43,197 bases of DNA from a virus (IMGVR_UViG_3300037313_001003:1-43197); one strand, 5' to 3'; counted from the stretch's first letter, positions 17,613 to 27,559 are shown. Notes: generated from the sequence alone by a model not told the origin. Program-made: numbers and translations.

Positions 17613-17869
17613 TACATTGTTCCTTCTTCTAGGGTTTCTTCACCTAGATAGTCTTTAATTTGGTTGGTTATTTTCCATGTTTCGTGTTTATCTTCGGCAT
17701 ACAGCGCTCGTCTGAGACGTTCACGCATATGCATGAGCTTTTTGTCTTTGAGTTGGGCTTGAATCTTGCTGAAGACTTTGTAGGCTCGCTTGCGTTCCCA
17801 CATGGGCCGAGAGACATCATGCATCTCGCGGTGGAGTCTTCTAAGGTCAGCTTCGCGAGTCCGATCCAT
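17612..17869 (-). CDS. Hypothetical protein
   Basis: Tightly packed in operon. Confidence 0.7.
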   Translation of the reverse strand: MDRTREADLRRLHREMHDVSRPMWERKRAYKVFSKIQAQLKDKKLMHMRERLRRALYAEDKHETWKITNQIKDYLGEETLEEGTM

Positions 17870-17870
17870 G

Positions 17871-18122
17871 CTAGTTCTTGGTGTAAGGTACTCGAACGCG
17901 AGTGCCAGGGTTTAGTTGCACGCCAGGTCCCGGATCATCAACTTGATCACCGACGAGCTGTACTTCAAGCATTTCGCCTTGCTCAATCGCGAGTAAGACT
18001 TCTTCAACAGATACGTCGTAGCGGAGTGAAAGTTGCAGCGGGCTAATCGGACTATTGATGTAGTCGCGCTTAATCTTTTCTGCGACAGTCAACTCTGCCG
18101 GTTGTTCTTTCTTGGCAGTCAT
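17871..18122 (-). CDS. Hypothetical protein
   Basis: Tightly packed in operon. Confidence 0.7.
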   Translation of the reverse strand: MTAKKEQPAELTVAEKIKRDYINSPISPLQLSLRYDVSVEEVLLAIEQGEMLEVQLVGDQVDDPGPGVQLNPGTRVRVPYTKN

Positions 18123-18265
18123 TAGTAGCCGCCCTTAAGCTGAGACTTAGGAAGCTTGCGTTCAGTGTGCTTCTTGCCGTCCACGATCATTGGAGCTTGC
18201 TTGCCTTGAATGTGGTGCTTTTTAGCAGCACTACTGGGGTCTTTCATGGATTTCGTTTTAGCCAT
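18122..18265 (-). CDS. Small basic protein (47 aa, not in ORF track)
   Basis: AAGGAG SD; MAKTKSMKDPSSAAKKHH...; stop overlaps next ATG. Confidence 0.6.
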   Translation of the reverse strand: MAKTKSMKDPSSAAKKHHIQGKQAPMIVDGKKHTERKLPKSQLKGGY

Positions 18266-18329
18266 AGTGTCTCCTTAAATCAGTGGGGAGTTTATGGCAC
18301 TCCCCTAAGCCAGTAACTAGGAACTGTTA

Positions 18330-19244
18330 TTAAGCAGTTGCGCCAGTTTTTACATTTATCAACCAGTTCGCGTTAAGCGTCTTAGTTACAAATGCAGCAG
18401 CCCATGCTACGGTGCTGAAGCGACCTGCGGTGTTGCCAGAGTCAATATTCGTGTTAGGAATAATGTAGAGCTGTGGCTTGTCACCTTCGAGATCGGTACA
18501 ACCAAAAGCGTCTGAACCGTGGATGAAGTTCGAGTAGACCGTAGTGGTGCTAGACTCAGACTTCTGGTTTGGAGAGCTTAGGAAACGGATGCCGTAAAGC
18601 ATACCGATTTCACCGTTGTAAAGGTCAACAGTATCTTGGTAGGTATGAGCGTTAACCCAAGTTGAATCGCCCATCAGGTCGTATTCAGTGTAAGGGCCAA
18701 TCTTACCAACCCAAGAAGCGCGTCCTTGGTACTTGCGAGCTTTGTTGTTCTTAAGTGTGCGAACAGCCTTGCGGAGTTCAGCAGCGCTCAAGGTGTTCGA
18801 AGCGCTAAGGTCTGTCAAAGCAGCTTTAGCACCTGCGAACTGGACGGTAGCACCAGTGAAGAGTTCGTTACGAACCAATTCATCAAGGGTTTCGCCCATG
18901 TTTTGACCAACAACTTCGATCTTCTCTTTGTTGTTAGCGTCGATACTTGTCAAAGACAAGAAGCGAGAGATTTTAACGGTAGTACCGTACTCAGCGAGAG
19001 TTGCTGAAACCGTGGTAGCGGTCAGGTTAACTTCAGCTGGGTTGGTGCCTTCAGTTAAAGCAGTAGTGACGGTAGCGAGAGGTGTGTGGCGTGTAAATTT
19101 AACGCTAGCACCTTCGTTCTTTGGCTGAGAGCGCAACTGTGCGCCTTCTTTGTGTACGTATTCGTACTCGGCTCGGGCTAGGAAGACCTTCTCGTAGAGA
19201 GTGCTCATTTCCTGAGTCAAGCCGGTAGTGACTTGTGCGGACAT
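18330..19244 (-). CDS. Major capsid protein, N4-gp56 family
   Basis: LTEGTNP, LAEYG, YNGEIG...GIRF, DSGN..GRF..VAW pattern; follows scaffold. Confidence 0.9.
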   Translation of the reverse strand: MSAQVTTGLTQEMSTLYEKVFLARAEYEYVHKEGAQLRSQPKNEGASVKFTRHTPLATVTTALTEGTNPAEVNLTATTVSATLAEYGTTVKISRFLSLTSIDANNKEKIEVVGQNMGETLDELVRNELFTGATVQFAGAKAALTDLSASNTLSAAELRKAVRTLKNNKARKYQGRASWVGKIGPYTEYDLMGDSTWVNAHTYQDTVDLYNGEIGMLYGIRFLSSPNQKSESSTTTVYSNFIHGSDAFGCTDLEGDKPQLYIIPNTNIDSGNTAGRFSTVAWAAAFVTKTLNANWLINVKTGATA

Positions 19245-19295
19245 TGTAGAATTTCCTGTTAATGTTTAGTTTGGTAATTCCTCTGTCCGAAACTC

Positions 19296-20057
19296 TTAGT
19301 GGCCGACGACACCGTACTTCTTAGCGGCCCAGGCCTCATATTCCTTAGCGGACATGGTGCTTGGATCGACTTCAGAACGGGTGGTGCCGCTGGATAATCG
19401 GGGAGCAGCTTCATCAGCTGTCCGAGCGACGGCGTTTTTCATTTCAGCAGAGGAGCGTTTCGCAGCTGCTTCTGCAACCTTAAGGTGTCTCTTGGCGATA
19501 TCGGCTAACCGTACCGATGGGTCAAGAGCCTGCACAGGTTGGCCCGTCATAGGGTCGTAACCTATAACCTTAAAAGCCCGTTGTTCGAACTCTTCAGTAA
19601 TGGCTTGTTCAACTTCGGGGAGATCTTGGATGAGTTCATTGTTTTGCAATGACTGCATATCAAGATTGAAATTGCTCTTAGCCTCCTGCTGCGCTAACGC
19701 CTGCTGTACGGTCTGCCCGGCAATGGCTTGAGCGGCCTGAACCACGTCTGCCTGCAAACGTTCAGGAGTAACGTATTCGTCCTCCGAATAGCTTGGGAAT
19801 TGTGGCGGCTGTCCAAAGCCTGGCATCGGCTGGTTAGCCCGTTGCACTTGCTCTAGCTTGTCCGTAAGTTGGTGTATGCGCCGTTCGGCACGAGTGGGCT
19901 TGCGTTCAGCGTCTACAGGTTCGTCTGATTCAGCCGGAGCTTCATCTACTGGTTCTGTTTCAACTGAAGTGTTTTGTTCGTCTACTGGCGGGGTAGATAC
20001 GCTGTTGTCTTCTACAGCGGCGTCGTTTAGCGCCTGTGGTTCTTGTGGTTCGTCCAC
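19296..20057 (-). CDS. Scaffolding protein
   Basis: Acidic N-terminus, RAERRIHQL coiled coil, directly upstream of capsid gene. Confidence 0.75.
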   Translation of the reverse strand: MDEPQEPQALNDAAVEDNSVSTPPVDEQNTSVETEPVDEAPAESDEPVDAERKPTRAERRIHQLTDKLEQVQRANQPMPGFGQPPQFPSYSEDEYVTPERLQADVVQAAQAIAGQTVQQALAQQEAKSNFNLDMQSLQNNELIQDLPEVEQAITEEFEQRAFKVIGYDPMTGQPVQALDPSVRLADIAKRHLKVAEAAAKRSSAEMKNAVARTADEAAPRLSSGTTRSEVDPSTMSAKEYEAWAAKKYGVVGH

Positions 20058-20134
20058 GAGATACCTCCTTGTTAACTGACCGCTTTACCGGATGGGTCGA
20101 CCACTCCGTGAGCTTGAAGGCTCAAGTCGCCGCA

Positions 20135-20401
20135 CTATTTTGGTGCGGCAGCTCCAGCGTTCAAGGTAATCTTGCGGAAGATTGGCGTACCGTCAGTCTG
20201 TAGCCCAATTAGTTGGTAATCACTGGTTGGCATCCCTGAGGCGTCGAGAATTGCAGTTGAATGGTGAAAGGTGCAGGACTGGCACAGTAAGTGCGTACCC
20301 TGTTGAACCCAAGCGTGTCCCATGAGCTCAGGCCGGGGTAAATCGGCTACATTATTTCCTCCCTGATTGGAGTTCGGCGTTGGCAACTTCGGTGCGGGCA
20401 T
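20135..20401 (-). CDS. Hypothetical protein (start uncertain)
   Basis: HxWxQxG...CQSC..HH pattern; in head operon. Confidence 0.55.
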   Translation of the reverse strand: MPAPKLPTPNSNQGGNNVADLPRPELMGHAWVQQGTHLLCQSCTFHHSTAILDASGMPTSDYQLIGLQTDGTPIFRKITLNAGAAAPK

Positions 20402-20663
20402 TCTTGATCTTCTCCCAAGCTGCGTTCAGTAATCCGGCAGCCTTTAGATTTGCTAGGGCTTCAATCTTGTATTCATCGGCAGGTAGCTTACTATCGACAG
20501 CGGTGAGGTTCTGCCATGACTTCACCTGTTCCTCTACCATTTGTTCCACGTCATCGTTATAGGTGTTGGCAATAATCAGGTCTGATGGTTCGATAATTGG
20601 TTCTGGTTGGATCTCATCAAACGAGATCATCGGGCTCGTAGGCCTAAGTCCTTGGTCGTCCAC
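20352..20663 (-). CDS. Hypothetical protein
   Basis: Start overlaps portal stop; GGAGG SD. Confidence 0.7.
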   Translation of the reverse strand: MDDQGLRPTSPMISFDEIQPEPIIEPSDLIIANTYNDDVEQMVEEQVKSWQNLTAVDSKLPADEYKIEALANLKAAGLLNAAWEKIKNARTEVANAELQSGRK

Positions 20664-22525
20664 TACATACCTCCGTTAACTTGTTGGCCCTGTAAGAGTT
20701 GCTGGGCGATCTGGTGTAAGTCTTGGTTGTTGGGGTCTTGGGCGAGGTGGGTAATGTCAGGTGGTTGCAGCTGCGGCATCTGTGGCTGCTGACCCATTGC
20801 CTGTTCGTCGCCAGGTGTGGCTTCGGTGCTTTCCTGTAGAATGCGCTCCCAGTCCTGAATACCGGAAGAGATAAACAAAAGCTTAATATGCTCACCGAGG
20901 TCGTAGGTAAAGCCGCTCTGCTGGAGGGTCTGCAATAGTCCAGGGGTCGACATAACCAGCTGCAAGAGGTTCGACAGGGCTTGGAACTGCTCCTGGTCGT
21001 CTTGCTTCATGCTCGAGTTGGCGTCAATTAGGTAGCGGAAGCCAGTCTCACTCTTGAGATCTTTCTTAGCTAGGGTGATTTGGCCGCTCTTGCCGTCACT
21101 AAACAGATCAGCTAAGTCTTTGTGCTCTGCAGATAACTGGCGGATTTCATCTTCAAACAGCATGAAGTTGATGGGTTTCTCCATCTTGACGGAGATGAGA
21201 TTAATCATGCCCTCGTAGACTTCTTGCCAGCACTCCTCGTGCATCGCCCGATCCCAGTTGTCACGAGCATTCTCGCGTTGACCGAGCTGCTTAATAGCTT
21301 CTGGTGTCTTACCGAAAGCGGGGTTCCCGCTATTTTGTTGGTTGAGTGAGGTGTCAGTCGTACCGAACTGGTTCATCAGCATGGATTGCAGTGATCCCCA
21401 GGTCGATTGGAAGTTACTGGTAGCATCTGAGCCGTACTGGACAAACTGTGCGGCGTTCATGTCGTCAGAGGTCATCGACCACTTAGCATTTGCTTGGTTC
21501 TTAATGGTTGAAGGGGTGACTTTTGACCAGTTGACCTTAATTGCTGGGAAGATACGCTGCTTTGCGCCTTCCAGGTACAGGCCAAGCAGAGAATCTTTGG
21601 CTTTTTGCAGGCGGATACCACGTTCGAAGTCGCCTAAGCCGTAAATAGAGTTCATAAGTGGGAAACAGTGGCGCATAACCACTGGGATACGGCCTGATTT
21701 GTGTGGGTTTTGGATATCGCGGATGATTAACCCGTCGTAATCAGGGGCAAAAGTGATCCAATGACCCTTCTCGCCGCGTTCGTACTTGGTGATTAGCTCA
21801 ATACGGCCCTTGGCTTGCTCTTTGGTGTAGCGATCACGGCTGGTGACGCTATCCTTCGCCGCATCACCGTCACGAGAAGGCGTGGCATCCTTGGCATTGA
21901 ACTTATCTAACAGCTCTTTAATAGCTGTTTTGTCATAAGTAGTGGTCTTACGCTTGAGAATTGACTGTAAATGTTTGGTTGATTCAATCGTACTAACCAT
22001 TACCCAGTCAGCAGTCTTGGTCGAGCTAAAGCCTGGCTGTGGCAAGAAGCACCGAGGATCAATAATCTGTGCGTAGGGACCGATATAGTCGTCATCGACG
22101 CAGTAGTCATAAAAGATGGGGACTGAGCCATAGACTGAGGCGTAGACACCCGCCTGGCGTTGGAGCGTCTCCATACTGACATCCCGACCAGCATTCGGCA
22201 GGATGTAGTTATTGAGGACTAGGTTCATCAGCCGAGCCTTGCCTTCGTCCTTTTTCGAGGCAGCATAAACTCGCCCAGTCGGTAACTGAGCGGCAACACG
22301 GGCTTGGCGTTCCCAGGCTAGCGTTGAAAGCGCGGCATCAGTAACACGTGCTCTAACAACGTTGCCGGAATAGGAGTCGTTAACTTGAGCGAGTAAGGCT
22401 CGCTCTTTGTCGTCCCAGGTGGAACGGATCTGATTGAGCGCTTGCCACGCACTATCAGCCTCTTTACAGAGGATTTGTTCTAGTTTGTCTGAAGAGGTAT
22501 CTGGTTGTTTGGAGGTTTTAGGCAA
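20663..22525 (-). CDS. Portal protein
   Basis: 620 aa between terminase and scaffold; IPVV...SIYGLG pattern; Q-rich tail; TTG start. Confidence 0.82.
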   Translation of the reverse strand: MPKTSKQPDTSSDKLEQILCKEADSAWQALNQIRSTWDDKERALLAQVNDSYSGNVVRARVTDAALSTLAWERQARVAAQLPTGRVYAASKKDEGKARLMNLVLNNYILPNAGRDVSMETLQRQAGVYASVYGSVPIFYDYCVDDDYIGPYAQIIDPRCFLPQPGFSSTKTADWVMVSTIESTKHLQSILKRKTTTYDKTAIKELLDKFNAKDATPSRDGDAAKDSVTSRDRYTKEQAKGRIELITKYERGEKGHWITFAPDYDGLIIRDIQNPHKSGRIPVVMRHCFPLMNSIYGLGDFERGIRLQKAKDSLLGLYLEGAKQRIFPAIKVNWSKVTPSTIKNQANAKWSMTSDDMNAAQFVQYGSDATSNFQSTWGSLQSMLMNQFGTTDTSLNQQNSGNPAFGKTPEAIKQLGQRENARDNWDRAMHEECWQEVYEGMINLISVKMEKPINFMLFEDEIRQLSAEHKDLADLFSDGKSGQITLAKKDLKSETGFRYLIDANSSMKQDDQEQFQALSNLLQLVMSTPGLLQTLQQSGFTYDLGEHIKLLFISSGIQDWERILQESTEATPGDEQAMGQQPQMPQLQPPDITHLAQDPNNQDLHQIAQQLLQGQQVNGGM

Positions 22526-22569
22526 CGGAGTGTCTCGCGCCTATCCTCCGTTAGCTATGGCCAGATAGT

Positions 22570-22593
22570 TAAATTGTACTTAATATTATAGCA
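22570..22593 (-). promoter_or_regulatory. Extended -10 promoter with TACAATTTA leader motif
   Basis: TGCTATAAT followed by the same TACAATTTA as at 7057 and 9866. Confidence 0.6.
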
Positions 22594-22617
22594 CACAGAA
22601 CAGTAAATAGCTATTCG

Positions 22618-22914
22618 TCAAGCTCCCCACTTCTTAGCGGTGTGGTGTTTCGTGTCCTGTACCATGACTTTCTTAGCGTCACCACCATTAAATGTTACGG
22701 TGAATGTCACATTACCTGAGGCTTTGGCAGCGCTCATGCCCTTAAACAGTTGTAGTACCATTTCCAGGGCCTTCGTCGTGTTCTCAACCTTCTCAGTGTG
22801 AATGAGCTGCGTATCGATGGTACTGACTTCGCCCTCATGCTTTTTAATAAACAGTGTCACCACGCCAAAGTCTAACCCTTGGTGACTATCTGCGATGATC
22901 TTATTAATGTCCAT
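22618..22914 (-). CDS. Hypothetical protein
   Basis: Coupled to the terminase nuclease gene. Confidence 0.7.
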   Translation of the reverse strand: MDINKIIADSHQGLDFGVVTLFIKKHEGEVSTIDTQLIHTEKVENTTKALEMVLQLFKGMSAAKASGNVTFTVTFNGGDAKKVMVQDTKHHTAKKWGA

Positions 22915-23564
22915 TAGACGAACATCCCATCCTTTCCGAATAACTGTTCTTCATCGTGATACGGTATCTGTGTACTAATTGGTTGCTCTGTCTGGTACAA
23001 CTGCCATGCTCCAGCTAGGGCCATGATCAAGTCGTCGTGTGCCCCCTTTTCTGCCTGGGCTTTCCAACTACTTGAGGTTTGGGCGATGATAAATGAGAAC
23101 ATTTCATTGATGGTGGGTTTGTCGTATATACGAATGAGTTTGTTATCGATAGCTTCTTTAAGCATCGCGAGCATAGTCGGACGGGTTGCAGAGTTAGTCG
23201 TATAGCCGAGTCGGACAGAGTTACCTGTACTTTCGGTACTGCCGATGTTTTGCTTCTCTTGATATATGTGGTACTTGCCTTGTCGATTGAGTGCGGCCAG
23301 ACGTTCCATCTCCGCCACGCCACCGTTATTGCGTTCAAAGGCCACCACTGGCTGAACCTGCGTTGCATCATAAATCCTTTCTAATTCGTTATGTACTAAG
23401 GGTGTCATCTCGGTTGCGAGTACCTTGGAGTGATAGACTACTGGTACATCGAGCTTAGTCTTACTGAGGAACTGTACTGCTGAGTAGTCCAACCCTCCCC
23501 AGGCTGTATCGGCGAAGACAACGAAAAACTCATTCGGTTCGTAATGACGGTACCGCCTAAACAT
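22914..23564 (-). CDS. Terminase large subunit, nuclease domain (separate ORF; start revised)
   Basis: ADTAWGGLDYS, FERNNGG, GAHDDLIMALA RNase H-like motifs; ATG overlaps upstream stop. Confidence 0.88.
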   Translation of the reverse strand: MFRRYRHYEPNEFFVVFADTAWGGLDYSAVQFLSKTKLDVPVVYHSKVLATEMTPLVHNELERIYDATQVQPVVAFERNNGGVAEMERLAALNRQGKYHIYQEKQNIGSTESTGNSVRLGYTTNSATRPTMLAMLKEAIDNKLIRIYDKPTINEMFSFIIAQTSSSWKAQAEKGAHDDLIMALAGAWQLYQTEQPISTQIPYHDEEQLFGKDGMFV

Positions 23565-24237
23565 TTTTTTTACCCTGTTCGTGTTCGGCCGCTCGGAGCA
23601 CGCCGTCTGGCGTTCCCATGTCAGCAAAGTAACCTTGGTGCTCTATGAACTGAGTACCCAGTTGGCGATAGTAATTGTGTATGTCGACAATCTCGAGTTC
23701 ACCTGATTGTGCCGGAGTCATGCCATCAATGAAGTCGAATACCCGTTCATCGTAGTAGTAGCCGATAATAGCTTTACGCCCGATATCTATGTAACGAGGT
23801 TTCTCAATGATAGTGTCAGACTCGGGATGCCAGACTGAATGACTCGTGCCATGTTCAAACTCATGCCAGAACAAAGTAGGTTCAGTCTGTGACTTGAGTG
23901 GAGGATCGTAGTAACAGTCACCGAGAAGTAACGGGAAGATCCCTTTTACAAGATCTCGAGCCTTACTTATAGCATCAGCTACTCCTTTCGGTTCTGCCTG
24001 GACGCGGTAGATAAGATCTAATCCTACACGGTCGCCTTCTTTGAAGTAGGATGCGATGTCTCCTATAGCTTGAGGGCTTGCAATAATCACGGCTGAGTCA
24101 CAACCCATCGCTTTTAGCGTGTTAAGGGGGTACTCAATAGCCGGGCGATCGTAAACCATAGCCATTGCTTTAGACTGCACTTCGGTCTGTGGGGCAAGTC
24201 GTGAGCCTGAGCCACCAGCAAGTATTACGCCTCTCAT
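23557..24237 (-). CDS. Sugar-phosphate nucleotidyltransferase (RmlA/RfbA-like)
   Basis: GVILAGGSGSRL, Q.EPKG.ADA, LGD, EKP, GELEI.D, DMGT motifs. Confidence 0.9.
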   Translation of the reverse strand: MRGVILAGGSGSRLAPQTEVQSKAMAMVYDRPAIEYPLNTLKAMGCDSAVIIASPQAIGDIASYFKEGDRVGLDLIYRVQAEPKGVADAISKARDLVKGIFPLLLGDCYYDPPLKSQTEPTLFWHEFEHGTSHSVWHPESDTIIEKPRYIDIGRKAIIGYYYDERVFDFIDGMTPAQSGELEIVDIHNYYRQLGTQFIEHQGYFADMGTPDGVLRAAEHEQGKKNV

Positions 24238-25037
24238 ACCGTCATTGGCTCCTTAGCCTGCTCTAGGTACCACTGGAGGGCTTCCATATCGAAGTAACCA
24301 TCACCAGATGTAACGAAAGCTTCCTGTGCTGATTCAGGGTACTCTTGCTTAAACAATCGTCCTTGCGTCTTACGCTTCTGATCTAGAAACTCTGCTGAGT
24401 AGAAGTCACTAGCCCTGTAGAAATGCGCCGCCCACCCTGTTTCACCCATAACCGATGAGTCGTAAAATGTCTTAAATTCATTGAACCCATTAGCAGTTGT
24501 CTCAATCACTGCCTTACCGCCAGGTACAAGCGCGGAGTCCACACTAGCTAATAGCTCGGTGAAATTCTTATAAAATGCTGCTTCGGATAAGTGTAGGTTA
24601 TGGATAGTCTTAGAGCGTCCGAAATCTGAGTTCTCAGCTGTGCCGATGATGTAACGACTACCGTTATGACTGTTCTGCAATTCATATTTGGAGTTGTACT
24701 TCAGGATTCCGTTCTTGCCCTCGAGCGGTAGATTGTTATACGCACAGTATGCAGCTAGGTAATGCTTGACCCGGGCTAGCAGATCTTTAGCATTATCCGA
24801 GATGTCAGCAACAACTACTGATAAGGTGTTCTCTTTGAGTAAGAAGTCAGCAGTGAAGGCTGCGAGAATGAAGCTAGAGAAGCCTTGCTGCCGTGCTTTA
24901 AGGATTATGTCCCTGCCTGTAGCGTCTTGTACGAATTTCTCTTGAATAGGGTTTAGTGTAAACGGTAACTCCTGCCTGTCCTTGTTGACGATAGTCAGGC
25001 GAGCTTCAATGAATCGCTTGTAGGGTTCGTAGATCAT
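24234..25037 (-). CDS. Terminase large subunit, ATPase domain (separate ORF)
   Basis: LNPIQ Q-motif, LKARQQGFS Walker A, LHLSE Walker B, ETTANG coupling motif, FKQEYP. Confidence 0.92.
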   Translation of the reverse strand: MIYEPYKRFIEARLTIVNKDRQELPFTLNPIQEKFVQDATGRDIILKARQQGFSSFILAAFTADFLLKENTLSVVVADISDNAKDLLARVKHYLAAYCAYNNLPLEGKNGILKYNSKYELQNSHNGSRYIIGTAENSDFGRSKTIHNLHLSEAAFYKNFTELLASVDSALVPGGKAVIETTANGFNEFKTFYDSSVMGETGWAAHFYRASDFYSAEFLDQKRKTQGRLFKQEYPESAQEAFVTSGDGYFDMEALQWYLEQAKEPMTV

Positions 25038-25038
25038 A

Positions 25039-25317
25039 TTAGTAACAGCAGCAACAACGCCACTCCTCTTCTTCGCATTTACAGTTCCGATTCAGGTTTC
25101 CGCAGTCTTCGCAGCGTTGTTTGCCCCATTCGATAAGGTTGCGTTCGTGTTCCTTACGATACTTCCGGTACCGACGCTCGTATTGTGCATCTGTCTCACT
25201 ATGCGATTCTCCTAACTTGCAACTACAATATGTCGCAGATAAGTCGATTTCAGTAGGTGAGACACCCTCTGCAAGCACAGAAGGAAACATACGCTGGTAG
25301 ACTACATGTCGTGTCAC
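25039..25317 (-). CDS. Cys-rich hypothetical protein
   Basis: Fills the gap between terminase genes with start/stop overlap. Confidence 0.5.
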   Translation of the reverse strand: MTRHVVYQRMFPSVLAEGVSPTEIDLSATYCSCKLGESHSETDAQYERRYRKYRKEHERNLIEWGKQRCEDCGNLNRNCKCEEEEWRCCCCY

Positions 25318-25748
25318 AGCCCAAACTCCTCTTTATCGTTCTTCTGCACGTTTATAAAGTTGTAGTTGGTGGTGCCTACATCCTGATTGTTCCCGTGGCC
25401 TTTCAGCTTTAGTGCCGTTTCAAGATACTTGTGGCGCATTTGGTAGTCAGGCTGTACATCAACAAATGATTCAGTACTTTCTTTGCCCATAACAACTGCT
25501 TTCGTTGCATCTAGCCCCTCCTTTAATACTGTGGTCAGCTTTTCATCTGTTATGCCCGATTGTTCCATGAGGTATTGGAAGGCTTGGCTCTGTGTAAGCT
25601 TTTGAGGGTTCTTCACCATTGCCGCGCTATAGCCAGCGTCGCGCATTGCTTTAGATACGTTCCCACCATTTTCCACCAGATTTGCAAGAGCTTTTTGCTG
25701 CTTGACAGTAGGCTTACGATTGGGTCGCATGTTATCCTTCGTAGACAT
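25314..25748 (-). CDS. Terminase small subunit (start revised)
   Basis: PTVKQQK...GNVSKAMRDAGYS HTH; PDYQMRHKYLETALKLKG. Confidence 0.8.
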   Translation of the reverse strand: MSTKDNMRPNRKPTVKQQKALANLVENGGNVSKAMRDAGYSAAMVKNPQKLTQSQAFQYLMEQSGITDEKLTTVLKEGLDATKAVVMGKESTESFVDVQPDYQMRHKYLETALKLKGHGNNQDVGTTNYNFINVQKNDKEEFGL

Positions 25749-26271
25749 AGTGCCTCCACCATTTCCATGCTGCATCAGTAATCCTAGTTGCACGTTCTAT
25801 ACCCCTGGGTGATACATTCTTGGCTTCCAACCCTTCCAAAAGTATGTTGAACGCGGCTATGTAATCATGACCTAAGACCCATTTGATATGTTCTTTCTCG
25901 GTCTTGCTTAATAGCCCCTTGTCGTAGCACTTATGATGAGTAGGGCACATCCACATTGCATGGTGGTATATTTCCGGTAACGGTGCCTCTATTTTTGTGT
26001 GTTCGTATATAGCCACAGGGATAATATGCGCTCTCTCAAGAGCTCTAGTTTCTGTACACAATATGCATTGTCTTGTGGCGCATTCGTTCACCATCAATAA
26101 TTGTTTGCCGCGTCGCCTGTTGGGTTGTTGGCGATTAGAGCGCATGTATGACGTTTTAGGAAGCTCTATGTTGTACATCTTTGCCGCAATTTTAGCCGCT
26201 TTCAATCTTTGGGCGTGATCAGGCACTGAAACTATTTGCTTCTTACTCGCCATCACTAACTCCTGCAGCAC
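25732..26271 (-). CDS. HNH endonuclease-like protein
   Basis: CILC, LERAHIIP, MCPTHHKCYD. Confidence 0.75.
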   Translation of the reverse strand: MLQELVMASKKQIVSVPDHAQRLKAAKIAAKMYNIELPKTSYMRSNRQQPNRRRGKQLLMVNECATRQCILCTETRALERAHIIPVAIYEHTKIEAPLPEIYHHAMWMCPTHHKCYDKGLLSKTEKEHIKWVLGHDYIAAFNILLEGLEAKNVSPRGIERATRITDAAWKWWRHYVYEG

Positions 26272-26497
26272 GTTTGGCTGCGTTTAGTACTTGCTTAGTT
26301 TCAAGATAGCCACGCTCATCATCTATCTCAGCATTTGCATGGTGCGGTAGTTCTTTCACGAACCTGTAATACCACTCTTGGCCAGTCAGATAGCCTTCAT
26401 CAGCAAAGGCTTGTTTGATTTGGGCTATCATAAGGTTTTCAACATCTTCATCGTAATGTGGCAGTATCTCCCGTAACTTGTTTTCTAAACTACTCAT
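26243..26497 (-). CDS. Hypothetical protein
   Basis: In minus-strand gene array. Confidence 0.65.
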   Translation of the reverse strand: MSSLENKLREILPHYDEDVENLMIAQIKQAFADEGYLTGQEWYYRFVKELPHHANAEIDDERGYLETKQVLNAAKRAAGVSDGE

Positions 26498-26630
26498 ACG
26501 ATTAAGATATCTTCCTCAATTTCGGCACAATCACGGTGCGCATACTTGTTCTCTGGAAAGACTCGCTCAAACATAATCACCCCTTCCAGGTCATCCATGT
26601 CGATAGGCATTAGGCAGTATCGGCAGAAGT

Positions 26631-26870
26631 TCATAGCCCTAACACTTTCTTGATCATTGGTATATTCCCTCCTTTAATAACGTGCTCTGTCTCTCCGTCG
26701 TTGATGACTGTGACCGGCACCATAATGCCACCTGATATCTTGATAAGGTCTTCAGCGTTAGTACCTTCATCACGGTTAATGACGGTGTACTTGAGATTGT
26801 TCTGGTCGAGCATGTGCTTAATGGTTTGGCATGGTGAACATGTTGGAGTGCTATAAATGGTGATTTTCAT
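26631..26870 (-). CDS. Glutaredoxin / NrdH-like redoxin
   Basis: IYSTPTCSPC and VPV motifs. Confidence 0.88.
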   Translation of the reverse strand: MKITIYSTPTCSPCQTIKHMLDQNNLKYTVINRDEGTNAEDLIKISGGIMVPVTVINDGETEHVIKGGNIPMIKKVLGL

Positions 26871-27199
26871 AGGTGCTCTCCGAGGTAGGCAATAGGGTCG
26901 TCAGCTACGACCATTTGCTGTAAGTGATATTGCCAGGTTTCTAAATCTTCTATCTTTTCTCCAGGTTTGGTGTGTCCACTAAAACCGCTATAGTCTTCAC
27001 CCCACAACGCCTTAGCAAAGTCGTGGTTGAAGATAATGTCGTTCGTTCGTAGGCTACCGGCGGTGTTGTCATCGGGGTTTACGAAGCCTGCAAAGACGCC
27101 GTACATCTGTATTGGCTGGAAGCGTTCCCAGCCGTATGCATCCCATCCACCATCAATAGCCTTCTGGATAGCTTTCTCAAGTATTTCTTGATGTGTCAT
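26867..27199 (-). CDS. Hypothetical phage protein
   Basis: ATGA-coupled on both sides. Confidence 0.75.
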   Translation of the reverse strand: MTHQEILEKAIQKAIDGGWDAYGWERFQPIQMYGVFAGFVNPDDNTAGSLRTNDIIFNHDFAKALWGEDYSGFSGHTKPGEKIEDLETWQYHLQQMVVADDPIAYLGEHL

Positions 27200-27387
27200 A
27201 CACCCTCCACAGCGACCAGGCCGACTGACTTCGCAAAGTTATAGGCATCAAGGTAGTTATCGCATTCATTCAGGGCTGAGGTACGCTGCTGTTCGGTTTT
27301 AGCTGCGACGACTTTAGAACTCGCGATCATGAAATAGTCATGCAGGAGTTGTACTGAGTGGTCGATGGCTGGGGCTTCAATGTTCAT
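27196..27387 (-). CDS. Hypothetical protein
   Basis: Coupled to downstream gene. Confidence 0.6.
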   Translation of the reverse strand: MNIEAPAIDHSVQLLHDYFMIASSKVVAAKTEQQRTSALNECDNYLDAYNFAKSVGLVAVEGV

Positions 27388-27559
27388 TGGTGAGCTTCCT
27401 TACTTGCTTTACCCGTTTGTAGAAGATTTCGTTCACGTTAGCAGATTGAATAACTATTACTTTCCCGATGAGGGGTTGGTTAGGAAGGTTGGCCACAGGT
27501 ATGCCCCACGGCTTTTAAGTAGATCGTGCGACAGGTTTTACAGAACCTTTGTTCGTAGG

